This document shows positions 9,059 through 18,040 of a DNA stretch of 64,000 bases, in pieces. Position 1 is the first letter of the stretch, and each line of letters opens with the position of its first letter. The notes beneath the pieces are model-generated. The model saw only the letters and a program-made list of their open reading frames with translations, made no database searches and had not been told where the DNA came from. The DNA comes from Planctomycetota bacterium (GTDB taxonomy: Bacteria; Planctomycetota; Phycisphaerae; Phycisphaerales; Phycisphaeraceae). Both the position numbers and the translations under genes were made by a program. The stretch is from contig JBCDHS010000008.1 in assembly GCA_038749735.1 (NCBI GenBank), forward strand, positions 5,797 through 69,796, written 5' to 3'.

Positions 9059-10057
9059 TCAGCCGCGCTCTTGCACCAAAGCCACAATCGCCTGGCCCAT
9101 GCCCGTGCCGATCAGGTAGTAGGTCTCCCAGTTGTGCCTCCAGTGGTAGTTCTGCCCGGAGGGTGACTCTTCGCGTGATCGCTGGAAACCGCGGGTCTCG
9201 ACCCCCGCGACACTGCCGGCAAACTCCGGGTGCCGCTCCGCGTCGGCCAGGGCGAGTTGGGCCTCCATCAGCTTCTCGACCCGCGTCTTATGACTCGCGG
9301 TGTCCGGGATGTCCCAGCCCCCCATGCCGGTGTTGGCGATCACAAACAGCAGGTCCTCGACGCCCAGGTCCCGCCTCATGTCGCGGATGAAGTGGGCCAT
9401 GTTCTGCTCGTAGACGTTGACGGCGGCCATGTTGATCCGGTCGTTCCAACCCTGGTGCCACCCAAAACCAACGAGTTCATAGCCCTCGCCGTCGTAGTCG
9501 GGGTAGTAGCGTTTGAGGTTGCCCGTGATCTCTTTGACGTGCCGCACGACCTCGGCGTAGTGGAAGCCGGCGTCGCCGTCTTTCTGCGGCTCGGCGTAGT
9601 CGCCCGCGCTGGGGGGCAGGAAGTTATGCACCAGGGATCGGCCTCCCCAAGCCGACTTGATGATCAGCACCGGGTCCTCGTAGTAATCGCCGACGGCAAA
9701 GCCGAACCCGTACTCCGGGCCGATGCTGTTCGCGTTGACGCCGTAGCCCGTGGTCAGCCAGCCCCGCCGCTCCTTGCCGGCCTGGGACAGGTCCACGATC
9801 CACACATCATCGCGCACCACCGGATCGCCACGGCGGACGAGGTGGCCGTAGGCGTCGGGGTTGTCCTTGACGTATGTCTGCATCGTGCCCGGCCCGTCGC
9901 CGACGACCCGCCCAAAGCCCTGCATATTCGACTGGCCGGCGAGCACAAAGACCTTCAGCTTCCCGTTGGCCGGCTGTCGCTCAGCCTGAGCCAAGGCCGT
10001 TGTCGGCAACAATACGGCAATCAACCATGCGATCAACAAGCATATCAATTTAGTCAT
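9059..10057 (-). CDS. Sialate O-acetylesterase/SASA (SGNH-type) carbohydrate esterase, secreted
   Basis: Signal peptide; VFVLAGQSNMQG, GPEYGFG, AWGGRSL and WHQGWND motifs. Confidence 0.85.
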   Translation of the reverse strand: MTKLICLLIAWLIAVLLPTTALAQAERQPANGKLKVFVLAGQSNMQGFGRVVGDGPGTMQTYVKDNPDAYGHLVRRGDPVVRDDVWIVDLSQAGKERRGWLTTGYGVNANSIGPEYGFGFAVGDYYEDPVLIIKSAWGGRSLVHNFLPPSAGDYAEPQKDGDAGFHYAEVVRHVKEITGNLKRYYPDYDGEGYELVGFGWHQGWNDRINMAAVNVYEQNMAHFIRDMRRDLGVEDLLFVIANTGMGGWDIPDTASHKTRVEKLMEAQLALADAERHPEFAGSVAGVETRGFQRSREESPSGQNYHWRHNWETYYLIGTGMGQAIVALVQERG

Positions 10058-11021
10058 GACGGACCCTTGTTCTCGATTCAAATAGGAAATTCAGCAACAC
10101 ATCAGAATAACACTCCAGCAAAGTCCTGTCAGACGCGTATGGTGTTGATGGTGCCGCTAAGGCATGCGCACCGACCTGGCGGATCAACTGACCCGAGCGC
10201 CACCGCATGATCTGCTTCGCGTTCGAGTGATTCACGGCATTGCTCCCCCGGTGGGTTGTCGGCAAACAGGTTGTCTGGCAGAATATTTTGATCTCGCCGT
10301 AGGCGGTATCGGGCACTTCGGGCGTAGTAAAAAACTCGCAGTGGTTGTCGTTAAACGCGATCGCCCCCTCCCAGCCGCCGGGCGTGGCATTCCAGATGCT
10401 CGAGTGTGTCGCCAGGTCGTGGTTATCCCCCGAGTGCATCCGGTCGCTGACCGTCACCGCGCGCGAGCCCGCCGAATCCGACCACTCCCGCAGTCGGCCC
10501 TCGGCGGTCAGCGTACCGGGCAGGTCCACGATGAGTTGGGGCAGCGCAAAGGAGGTGAGGTAGTTGTCGCGCGTGTAGGTTCCCGGGGCGGCGTTAGGGT
10601 CGAAGCGGGTGAGGCGCTCCGGCTCTATCTCACCGGGGCTGAACCCGTAGTCGGGCGTAAAGTACTCGCCTTCATACCGCAGGCACCATCGGGCCGAGAC
10701 ATGAGAGCCGGCCAGGGCCCCGCCGCCGGAGTACTTCTCGATCTGCGATTCATCGACAAAAGACTCACTGCTCAAGGTCGCAACCGCGTACGCGCCGGGG
10801 TAGAAGCCCTTGTTGTCCTGCGACGCGATGAGGAGCCCCTGCTGGATGCCGCGCATCTGGGTCGTCCCCTGCTGCTTTTGCGCAGAGACTCGTGCCGAGG
10901 CCGGCGCGGGCAACAGGATCGCGATCAGCAGCGCGATGATCGAGATCACCACCAGCAATTCGATCAGGGTGAAAGCCCCTGCTTTGCGGACGCGACAGAT
11001 TGGCTCGTAAAGAGGCATCAT
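10050..11021 (-). CDS. Prepilin-type N-terminal cleavage/methylation protein (planctomycete type); C-terminus probably frameshifted
   Basis: AFTLIELLVVISIIALLIAILLP and AIAFNDNH. A family-like DNLF ending appears in another frame near 10250-10290. Confidence 0.8.
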   Translation of the reverse strand: MMPLYEPICRVRKAGAFTLIELLVVISIIALLIAILLPAPASARVSAQKQQGTTQMRGIQQGLLIASQDNKGFYPGAYAVATLSSESFVDESQIEKYSGGGALAGSHVSARWCLRYEGEYFTPDYGFSPGEIEPERLTRFDPNAAPGTYTRDNYLTSFALPQLIVDLPGTLTAEGRLREWSDSAGSRAVTVSDRMHSGDNHDLATHSSIWNATPGGWEGAIAFNDNHCEFFTTPEVPDTAYGEIKIFCQTTCLPTTHRGSNAVNHSNAKQIMRWRSGQLIRQVGAHALAAPSTPYASDRTLLECYSDVLLNFLFESRTRVRHD

Positions 11022-11123
11022 GGGTACCCGACGTGAGAGGACTTACCATTAAGACATGCCATGTATAAAGTACACGAACCGATCGGCCGCGAATAGTCCG
11101 AATCAGCAAAGATTCAAACCGAT

Positions 11124-12602
11124 CTACTCCCCTAACACGTCCAGGGCCGCCGCGAAGAACGCCGGCGGCTGAGCGGGCAGACGGTTGTTCTCGTGGCGTT
11201 GGACCCCGTTCTCATCAAATAAACCTCCCCTGCCGTTGCCATCGCCGGGCACGACGTGCTGGCCGCTGATGACGATGCCTCCGGCCGGGCCGAAGCCGAT
11301 AGCGTCCAGCTCATCGTAGTGGCGTTGCTTGGACAACACCTGAAGGCCAAGCACCTGACCCGCCGGGTCGAGCCGGATGATGCCTGGGTAGCCGATATTG
11401 CTGTCGATGATGCATGGGATATGCACGTGGCCGTCCGGGCCGACACGGTGCCGGCCCTGCCGGATGCCGCTGCCAAACGGCTCGAATTGCCGGGGGATCA
11501 GCGTCGTCCACTCGACCCGGCCGCGGCTGGAAACCCGCGCGATGAACCGGCCCGTCTGCTCAACATCGGGCCGACGCACCCCGCGTCGGGGCGTGTCGGC
11601 CTCGTTCTGGCCAAAGACGTACACTTCATCGCTTCGGCCGGCGGCCAGGTAGAAAGCCAAACTGGTTATTTGCCCCGCCGCGACGCCGGCCGGGGGGTTG
11701 CCCTTGCCGACCTGGATCGACCAGTCCGCTTCGCCGTTGGCCTTCAGCCCCATCACAAAGCCCGCCCGGTCCTTGGGGAAGTTATCCGAGGGCAGCGGGT
11801 CGGCGTCGTACAGCCCGCTGATGCAGACCCGGCCACGCGAAGTCACCGCCACCCCGATCCCATTGGTCGATTCACGGCTCTGGCCCTGATACTGCTGCGA
11901 CCAGACCTCTCGGCCGTTGCGCGCGTTGACACAGACCGCCAGGGCCGAGCGGCTCGAAACCTCGGGCCGGGATCGACGCGTCACCTGACCGTAGGCCGAG
12001 CCGACCGCGTACACCCGATCCCCGCGGACATCGATCCCGATCAGCCGCGAACCAGCCCGGAGATCCAGGTGCTCGACCTCATACGACCACCGGCTCTCGC
12101 CGTCGGCCGCGTACGAAGCGATGTAGCCGTACTGCCTCACCTGCCCGCCCTCGTCACGCTGGTACCAGCCAGCGAGGTAGGCGTTGCCCGCCCGATCGGC
12201 CGCGATGCCAAAGGCGATAATCATCCCACCCTCCGGCGGTGGAACCTGACGAGACCACTCCCGCTCGCCGCCGGCGCTGTACTTGACCAGCACCACGTGG
12301 TTCTTCAACTGGCCGTCCCGCATCGGCATCACGTTGCACAACAGGTACACCGAACCGTCCGGCCCGACCGCCAAGTCCGTCATCGGGATCTCAAAGCCCC
12401 CCAACGTCGGCAGCACCGTCTGCTCCAGCGTCGCCCGATCCCGCGGGATCCCGTCCGGGAAAGAAGACACCGTCTGTACCCACGCCGCCGGCAGGTCCAT
12501 ACCCGCCGCCCCGCCTTCGCCGTCGGCCAACACGATGCGCGAAGGCAGAGCCATCAAGAGCATCATCATCATTAGGTTCAAAATGTGAAATCCCGATCTC
12601 AT
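11124..12602 (-). CDS. Secreted beta-propeller protein (SBBP-like repeats)
   Basis: Signal peptide; repeats GIAADRAGNAYLAG, GIDVRGDRVYAVG and GVAVTSRGRVCISG; GGAG SD. Confidence 0.7.
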   Translation of the reverse strand: MRSGFHILNLMMMMLLMALPSRIVLADGEGGAAGMDLPAAWVQTVSSFPDGIPRDRATLEQTVLPTLGGFEIPMTDLAVGPDGSVYLLCNVMPMRDGQLKNHVVLVKYSAGGEREWSRQVPPPEGGMIIAFGIAADRAGNAYLAGWYQRDEGGQVRQYGYIASYAADGESRWSYEVEHLDLRAGSRLIGIDVRGDRVYAVGSAYGQVTRRSRPEVSSRSALAVCVNARNGREVWSQQYQGQSRESTNGIGVAVTSRGRVCISGLYDADPLPSDNFPKDRAGFVMGLKANGEADWSIQVGKGNPPAGVAAGQITSLAFYLAAGRSDEVYVFGQNEADTPRRGVRRPDVEQTGRFIARVSSRGRVEWTTLIPRQFEPFGSGIRQGRHRVGPDGHVHIPCIIDSNIGYPGIIRLDPAGQVLGLQVLSKQRHYDELDAIGFGPAGGIVISGQHVVPGDGNGRGGLFDENGVQRHENNRLPAQPPAFFAAALDVLGE

Positions 12603-12670
12603 ATAAGCATGCTCCCGTCAGTTGATGATCGGCCCTAGAATACCAAGCCCGATGATTGATTAGATTGCAA

Positions 12671-14401
12671 TTACTTCTTGGCCTGCTTCGCCCAGGAATC
12701 ACGAAGCGTTGACGTCCGGTTGAAGATGAATTGATCATCCGCCGAATCGGCATCCTTGACGAAATACCCAACACGCTCAAACTGGATCGGCTGGCCGACC
12801 TCGGCGTCCGCCAGGGCCGGCTCGATCTTGGCCGTGGCAACCCGAAGTGATTGGGGATTGAGGTTCTCGCGCCAGTCCCGGCCGTCGTCCTTGCCGTCGT
12901 TCGGGTCGTCGGTTGCGAACAACCGGTCGTACAGGCGGACCTCGGCGTCGATGGCATGCCGGGCGCTGACCCAGTGGATCGTGCCCTTGACCTTGCGGAC
13001 CTTGCCCTCGGCGTCGGGGGGCGGGTTCTCGCCGCCGCGCGTCTGGGGGTCGTAGGTACAGCGAAGCTCGACCACCTCGCCCGCCTCGTCCTTGATCACG
13101 TACGTGCAGGTGATCCAGTAGCCGTAGCGCAGCCGGACCTCTCGGCCGACCGACAGGCGGAAAAACTTGCGGGGGGCGTCTTCCATGAAGTCTTCACGCT
13201 GGATGTAGAGCTCTTTGCAGAACGGCACCTGCCGCGTGCCCGCCGACTCGTCCTCGGGGTTGTTCACCGCTTCCATCATCTCGACCCGGTCGTCGGGGTA
13301 GTTGGTAATGACCACCTTGATCGGGTCGAGCACCGCGCTGCGCCGCAGTGCGGCCTTGTTCAGATCTTCGCGGACACAGTTCTCCAGCAGCGCGATCTCG
13401 ATCATCTTGTGCCGCCGGGACATCCCGACCGTGTCGACCAGGCTGCGCAGCGCGGCGGCGGTATACCCCCGGCGTCGCATCCCCGAGATCGTCGGCATGC
13501 GCGGGTCGTCCCACCCGTTGACTTTGCCTTCCTCGACCAGCGCCAGCAGGTTGCGCTTGGACATCATCGTGCCCGAGAGATTGAATCGGCCGAACTCGAT
13601 CTGCCGGGGGTGGTGGCCGACGCCCGCCGGGGCCGCGCCCAGTTCGTCGATCTTCTCGATGAACCAGTTGTAGAGCGGGCGGTGGGCTTCAAACTCCAGC
13701 GAGCAGAGCGAGTGGGTCACACCCTCGATCCAGTCCGACTGGCCGTGGGCAAAGTCGTACATCGGGTAGATGCACCAGTCCCGGCCCGTGCGCGGGTGCT
13801 CGGCGTGGAGGATCCGGTACATCACCGGGTCACGCAGCAGCATGTTCGGGCTGGCCATATCGATCTTCGCCCGCAGGACCTTCGCCCCGTCGGGAAACTC
13901 GCCGGCCTTCATCCGCGCGAACAGATCCAGGCTCTCTTGAGCGGTCCGGTCACGATAAGGCGAGGCCGAGCCAGGGGAGGTCACCGTGCCCCGGGTGGCG
14001 CGCATCTCTTCGAGGGTCTGGTCATCGACGTAGGCATAGCCGTGCTCGATCAGCAACTGGGCCCAGGCGTAGAGCCGATCGAAGTAGTCCGAGGCATGGT
14101 ATTCGTGCTCACCCCAGTCAAAGCCCAGCCAGCGGATGTCCGCCTTGATCGCGTCGATGTACCGCTGTTCTTCCTTGGCCGGGTTCGTGTCATCGAAGCG
14201 CAGGTGGCACCGTCCGCCGAAGTCTCGGGCGATGCCGAAGTTCAGCAGGATCGTCGTCGCGTGGCCGATGTGCAGAAAGCCGTTGGGCTCGGGCGGGAAG
14301 CGCGTGACCGGGGCCGGGTGCTTGCCGGCCTGCTGGTCCTCGGCCACGATCTGGCGGAGGAAGTTTTCGGGCGCAGTGGTCTGTTCGTCGGCTTTGCTCA
14401 T
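12671..14401 (-). CDS. glnS: Glutaminyl-tRNA synthetase
   Basis: [43 protein letters not shown] and QFERVGYF motifs. Confidence 0.97.
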   Translation of the reverse strand: MSKADEQTTAPENFLRQIVAEDQQAGKHPAPVTRFPPEPNGFLHIGHATTILLNFGIARDFGGRCHLRFDDTNPAKEEQRYIDAIKADIRWLGFDWGEHEYHASDYFDRLYAWAQLLIEHGYAYVDDQTLEEMRATRGTVTSPGSASPYRDRTAQESLDLFARMKAGEFPDGAKVLRAKIDMASPNMLLRDPVMYRILHAEHPRTGRDWCIYPMYDFAHGQSDWIEGVTHSLCSLEFEAHRPLYNWFIEKIDELGAAPAGVGHHPRQIEFGRFNLSGTMMSKRNLLALVEEGKVNGWDDPRMPTISGMRRRGYTAAALRSLVDTVGMSRRHKMIEIALLENCVREDLNKAALRRSAVLDPIKVVITNYPDDRVEMMEAVNNPEDESAGTRQVPFCKELYIQREDFMEDAPRKFFRLSVGREVRLRYGYWITCTYVIKDEAGEVVELRCTYDPQTRGGENPPPDAEGKVRKVKGTIHWVSARHAIDAEVRLYDRLFATDDPNDGKDDGRDWRENLNPQSLRVATAKIEPALADAEVGQPIQFERVGYFVKDADSADDQFIFNRTSTLRDSWAKQAKK

Positions 14402-14410
14402 AACAATGGC

Positions 14411-14447
14411 ATTCTACTGAAATCGAGTTGGACTGAGCCGCTACAAT
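14411..14447. promoter_or_regulatory. Back-to-back -10 boxes: TAGAAT (minus, glnS) and TACAAT (plus, gltX)
   Basis: TAGAAT at 14416-14411 is 9 nt before the glnS ATG; TACAAT at 14442-14447 is 7 nt before the gltX ATG. No SD on either side. Confidence 0.6.
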
Positions 14448-14454
14448 CCCGGCC

Positions 14455-16134
14455 ATGTCCGCTGTCACCGACCCACAACCCGTCGTCACCCGCTTTGCCC
14501 CCAGCCCGACCGGGGCGCTGCACATCGGCGGCGCGCGGACGGCCCTCTTCGCCTGGGCCTACGCCCGCAAGCACCGCGACATCCCCGGCAGCAAGTTCAT
14601 CCTCCGCTTCGAAGACACCGACCAGAAGCGGTCTAGCAAAGCGTCGGCCCGGGGCATTGTCCGCGACATGAAGTGGCTGGGCCTGGACTGGGACGAGGGC
14701 CCGAGCTTGGATGAAGACGCCGACCCCTACACGGACCAGATCGGCGACGCCGGGCCATACACCCAGAGTCAGCGGGCCGAGCAGGGTATCTACGACCAAT
14801 ACATCGATCTGCTGCTCGAGGCAGGCGAGGCCTACGAAGACGCCGGCGCAGTCCGGCTGAAGATGGGCGAACACCGCGGCGATATCGCTTTCGATGATGC
14901 CGTATTCGGCCACATCGAAGTCAAAGCCGCAGACCTGGAAGACTTCGTCATCCGCAAGAGCGAAGACGGGGGCAGGCTGCCAACCTTTCACTTCGCCGTG
15001 GTGATCGACGACGCCCTGATGGGCGTGACCCACGTGATCCGAGGCCAGGAGCACCTAAGCAACACGACCAAGCACGCAGCGCTCTACGATGCCCTGGCGA
15101 AGCTGACGGATGACCCCATGGCCTGGGCCAGGCCGGTGTGGGTCCACACGCCGAGCATCATGAACCCCGGCGGGTCGAAGATGAGTAAGCGGGATAAGGC
15201 GAAGGCTGCGAGATCGGCAATGAAGAACAGCCTCAATGAAGCGAGCGATTGGGTTAGTGCCGCAGTCGATCAGATCAGCGAATCCTTCTCAACTCGCGGA
15301 GATGGAATAGATAGCTTTGAACTTGGAAGTTTTCTCGAAGCCAAGCAAGACACCGCTTGGATAGCTCAAGTGATCGCCGACCATTTAGGCCTACGACTCC
15401 CCGAGATAGATGTTGACGACTTCAAAAATTCCGGCTATCTCCCCGAGGTCTGCCTGAACTACATCGCCCTGCTCGGCTGGAACCCCGGCGACGACATCGA
15501 ACGCTTTGACCTCGCCTTCCTGACCGAGAAATTTTTGCTGGACCGCATCGGCAAGGCCAACTCGACGTTTGACCGCGACAAGCTGCGCTCGTTCAACGGC
15601 GACACCATCCGCGCGATGCCCGCAGACGACTTCACCTGCCTGCTGGCTGACTACGTCAAGGCCTACCGCCCCGACTGGCATAACGCTGGCATCTTCAACG
15701 GCGGTGACTGGGGCGCGTTCTGCTCGGCCGTGCAGGAGCGAACCGAGACGCTGCCGATGCCGCTGGACGCGAACGCGTACCTGATCGCCGAGGACGACGC
15801 GATCGACTACGACTTTTCGCCCAAGCCGATCCGCAAGGCGATGACCAACAGCAACGGCGCGGGGGTCAAACTGCTCGAAGAGCTACGGGCGGCGTTTGAC
15901 GGCCTGCCTGAAGCGAACTTCGGCCACGCGGCACACGAGAAGATAAACGAACTGGCCGAGACCTCCGGTACCAACATGGGCAAGTACGCCCAGCCCGTGC
16001 GCATTGCGGTGTCCGGATCGACGGTGACCCCGCCGCTGGACGTGACGCTGGACCTGCTGGGCAAGTTGGCGGTGCTCAAGCGCATCGGCCGATGCCTGGC
16101 TGCGGCGAATAAACACATGGAAGCAAACGCATGA
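14455..16134 (+). CDS. gltX: Glutamyl-tRNA synthetase
   Basis: TRFAPSPTGALHIGGARTAL, RFEDTD, THVIRGQEHLSNT, KMSKR, and a C-terminal P-R-A-SG...TPPL anticodon-binding domain. Confidence 0.95.
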   Translation: MSAVTDPQPVVTRFAPSPTGALHIGGARTALFAWAYARKHRDIPGSKFILRFEDTDQKRSSKASARGIVRDMKWLGLDWDEGPSLDEDADPYTDQIGDAGPYTQSQRAEQGIYDQYIDLLLEAGEAYEDAGAVRLKMGEHRGDIAFDDAVFGHIEVKAADLEDFVIRKSEDGGRLPTFHFAVVIDDALMGVTHVIRGQEHLSNTTKHAALYDALAKLTDDPMAWARPVWVHTPSIMNPGGSKMSKRDKAKAARSAMKNSLNEASDWVSAAVDQISESFSTRGDGIDSFELGSFLEAKQDTAWIAQVIADHLGLRLPEIDVDDFKNSGYLPEVCLNYIALLGWNPGDDIERFDLAFLTEKFLLDRIGKANSTFDRDKLRSFNGDTIRAMPADDFTCLLADYVKAYRPDWHNAGIFNGGDWGAFCSAVQERTETLPMPLDANAYLIAEDDAIDYDFSPKPIRKAMTNSNGAGVKLLEELRAAFDGLPEANFGHAAHEKINELAETSGTNMGKYAQPVRIAVSGSTVTPPLDVTLDLLGKLAVLKRIGRCLAAANKHMEANA

Positions 16135-16544
16135 AGTATTGGCTGATCAAAACCGAGCCCGGCACTTGGTCGTGGGACGACCAGATGCAGTCACCGCGCA
16201 AGACAACAGAGTGGGACGGCGTCAAAAACCACCAGGCAAACAATAATCTCAAAGCGATGAAGAAAGGCGACCGCTGCTTCTTCTACCACTCGGTTAAAGA
16301 AAAAACGATCGTCGGCGTCGTCGAAGTGGCCAAAGAATGGAAGCCCGATCCGAACCAACCCGACGAGCCCTGGGGATACCCGACCGTCAAGGCAGTGGCC
16401 GCGGTAAAAAAAACGGTCACCCTCACGGACATCAAAGCCAAGGCCTCGCTTAAAGACATGGTGCTGGTCAACAACTCGCGTCTGAGCGTGCAGCCGGTCA
16501 AAGCAAGCGAATGGAAGACCATCTGCAAGATGGCGGGACTTTAA
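16131..16544 (+). CDS. EVE-domain protein
   Basis: YWLIKTEP, WDGVKNHQANNNLKAMKKGD.CFFYHS and SRLSVQPV motifs; ATGA overlap with gltX. Confidence 0.92.
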   Translation: MKYWLIKTEPGTWSWDDQMQSPRKTTEWDGVKNHQANNNLKAMKKGDRCFFYHSVKEKTIVGVVEVAKEWKPDPNQPDEPWGYPTVKAVAAVKKTVTLTDIKAKASLKDMVLVNNSRLSVQPVKASEWKTICKMAGL

Positions 16545-16577
16545 CTCAACACACCACCCAATGGACTGGAACCCAAT

Positions 16578-17483
16578 ATGTCACTAATTGTCACCGGCAG
16601 CGTCGGCATCGACACAATCGAAACCCCCGACGGGAAGAGGGCCAGCGAAGTGCTGGGCGGGTCGTCGATCTATTTTGCAGCCGGCGCTTCTTTCTTTACG
16701 CCCGTCCGCCTGGTCGCCGCGGTCGGCGAGGACTTCCCCGATTCTTTTACCCAGACATTCCAGCAGTTCGATGTCTGTACCGAGGGCCTGGAAAAGCGGG
16801 TGGGGAGCAAGACGTTCCGCTGGCACGGGCGGTACCACGAGAACATGAACGACCGCGACACGCTGGAGGTCCACCTCAACGTGCTGGGCGAGGCCCTGCC
16901 GCCGGTGCCCGAGGCGTACCGCGACTCGAAGTACATCTTCCTGGCCAACACGCACCCGGCCGGACAGCTCGCTCTGCTCGAACAGTTCCCCGACCGCCGG
17001 CTGGTCGTCGCGGACACGATGGACCTGTGGATCGAGACCGAGCGTGACCTGCTCAAGCGGCTGCTGACAAAGGTTGACGGTTTTGTGCTCAACGACTCGG
17101 AAGCAAAGATGCTGACCGAGGAGAGCAACGTGATCCGCGCAGCGGACAAGGTGTTGGCGATGGGGCCGAGCTTTGTCGTCGTCAAGAAGGGCGAGCACGG
17201 CGCGATCCTGCGGCACAAGGACGGTACTGGAGCACTGCCCGCTTTCCCGGCACGTGACGTGATCGATCCGACCGGCGCGGGCGACTCGTTTGCCAGCGGG
17301 ATGATGGGCTACCTCGCGGCACAGGACGACACCTCATTGAGCGCGATCAAGCGGGCGATGGCCTACGGCACCATCGTCGCGAGCTTTACGATCGAGACGT
17401 TCTCCGTTGGCCGGCTCTCGGAGATCCGCCGTGATGAGATCGATGCCCGTCTGGCACAGTTCACCGAGCACTTGACAATCTAA
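16578..17483 (+). CDS. PfkB/ribokinase-family carbohydrate or nucleoside kinase
   Basis: GSVGID, VVKKGEHGA and DPTGAGDSFASG motifs. Confidence 0.9.
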   Translation: MSLIVTGSVGIDTIETPDGKRASEVLGGSSIYFAAGASFFTPVRLVAAVGEDFPDSFTQTFQQFDVCTEGLEKRVGSKTFRWHGRYHENMNDRDTLEVHLNVLGEALPPVPEAYRDSKYIFLANTHPAGQLALLEQFPDRRLVVADTMDLWIETERDLLKRLLTKVDGFVLNDSEAKMLTEESNVIRAADKVLAMGPSFVVVKKGEHGAILRHKDGTGALPAFPARDVIDPTGAGDSFASGMMGYLAAQDDTSLSAIKRAMAYGTIVASFTIETFSVGRLSEIRRDEIDARLAQFTEHLTI

Positions 17484-17766
17484 CCTGTCATCTCAAAGGG
17501 TCCGATTGTTGGATGGCCCGTATCCCTGGATTTGTTTCGAAGCTGTCGTATCGTCAAACTATTTCAGTCTGGCTCGATGTGCCTGCGGAAAGATTATCTC
17601 AAAATTTCCTTGCAGAGCAGGCAAAAAGCGCTTGGTTTTGCAACCGCGATGCGTAAGATGAAGTAATACAACCTGAAGACGGGTCGATGCGGAGTACGAT
17701 CATCAACCGTCATTTTCTTTTCGCTTCCATTCCCTCCTCCGCTTCCGCCCCCTGACAACCTGAAAC

Positions 17767-17965
17767 GCCCTGGCGGTCGTGACCGGCAGGACCTCGCCGA
17801 CGATGGCGTCGCGCGGCGGCTGTGCCGATGAGTTGTAGAGGCAGCGCCGGGTGACCGCCCCACGGGGCGTGACGCACACCAGGCCAGGCGGTGCGTACGC
17901 CAGGAACGTCGTCGGAGAGGAACCGTGTGTGCGTGGCTGCCGGCACCCGCCAGGGCTTTCTCTTT
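17767..17965 (+). ncRNA. Putative structured ncRNA (~190 nt; 6S-like or unknown class)
   Basis: The 5' and 3' ends are complementary (GCCCTGGCGG 17767-76 / CCGCCAGGGC 17947-56). Further nested stems: CCGGCAG/CTGCCGG, CCTC/GAGG, CCGACGAT/GTCGTCGG and GGCGT/ACGCC, plus two inner hairpins. TTTCTCTTT follows. No credible CDS here. Confidence 0.6.
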
Positions 17966-18040
17966 GCGATCCCCCCACCGGGTCGTTCTGCACGGCAGGT
18001 CTGCTCGTGCCGGGCGATCCCTGCGGAAAGGAAGGCTGGT

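Noticed and set aside
14240-14275. GlnRS reads [11 protein letters not shown] rather than the usual HIGHAKSICLN
   Set aside because: The core HIGH motif and all other motifs are intact. Lineage drift or consensus errors cannot be told apart without an alignment.
12851-14671. Long antisense ORFs (for example 606 aa opposite glnS; also 11256-12575, 23170-24537, 30374-31564, 45995-47200)
   Set aside because: They mirror well-supported genes on the other strand, have no motifs, and are expected from high-GC3 codon bias.
17777-17956. Resemblance of the structured element to a ZTP riboswitch (GTCGTGAC.GGC, CCGCC.GGGC) or group II intron domain V (CACACGGTTC on the minus strand)
   Set aside because: The ZTP GGGAGC core with its GTGG/CCAC stem is absent, and so is the 5' half of domain V. 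The matching bases are explained by the closing helix.
18020-18040. GCGGAAAGGAAGG, superficially like the SRP RNA domain IV loop
   Set aside because: The AGCAG partner and flanking helix are missing; it is better explained as the SD of the 18041 gene.
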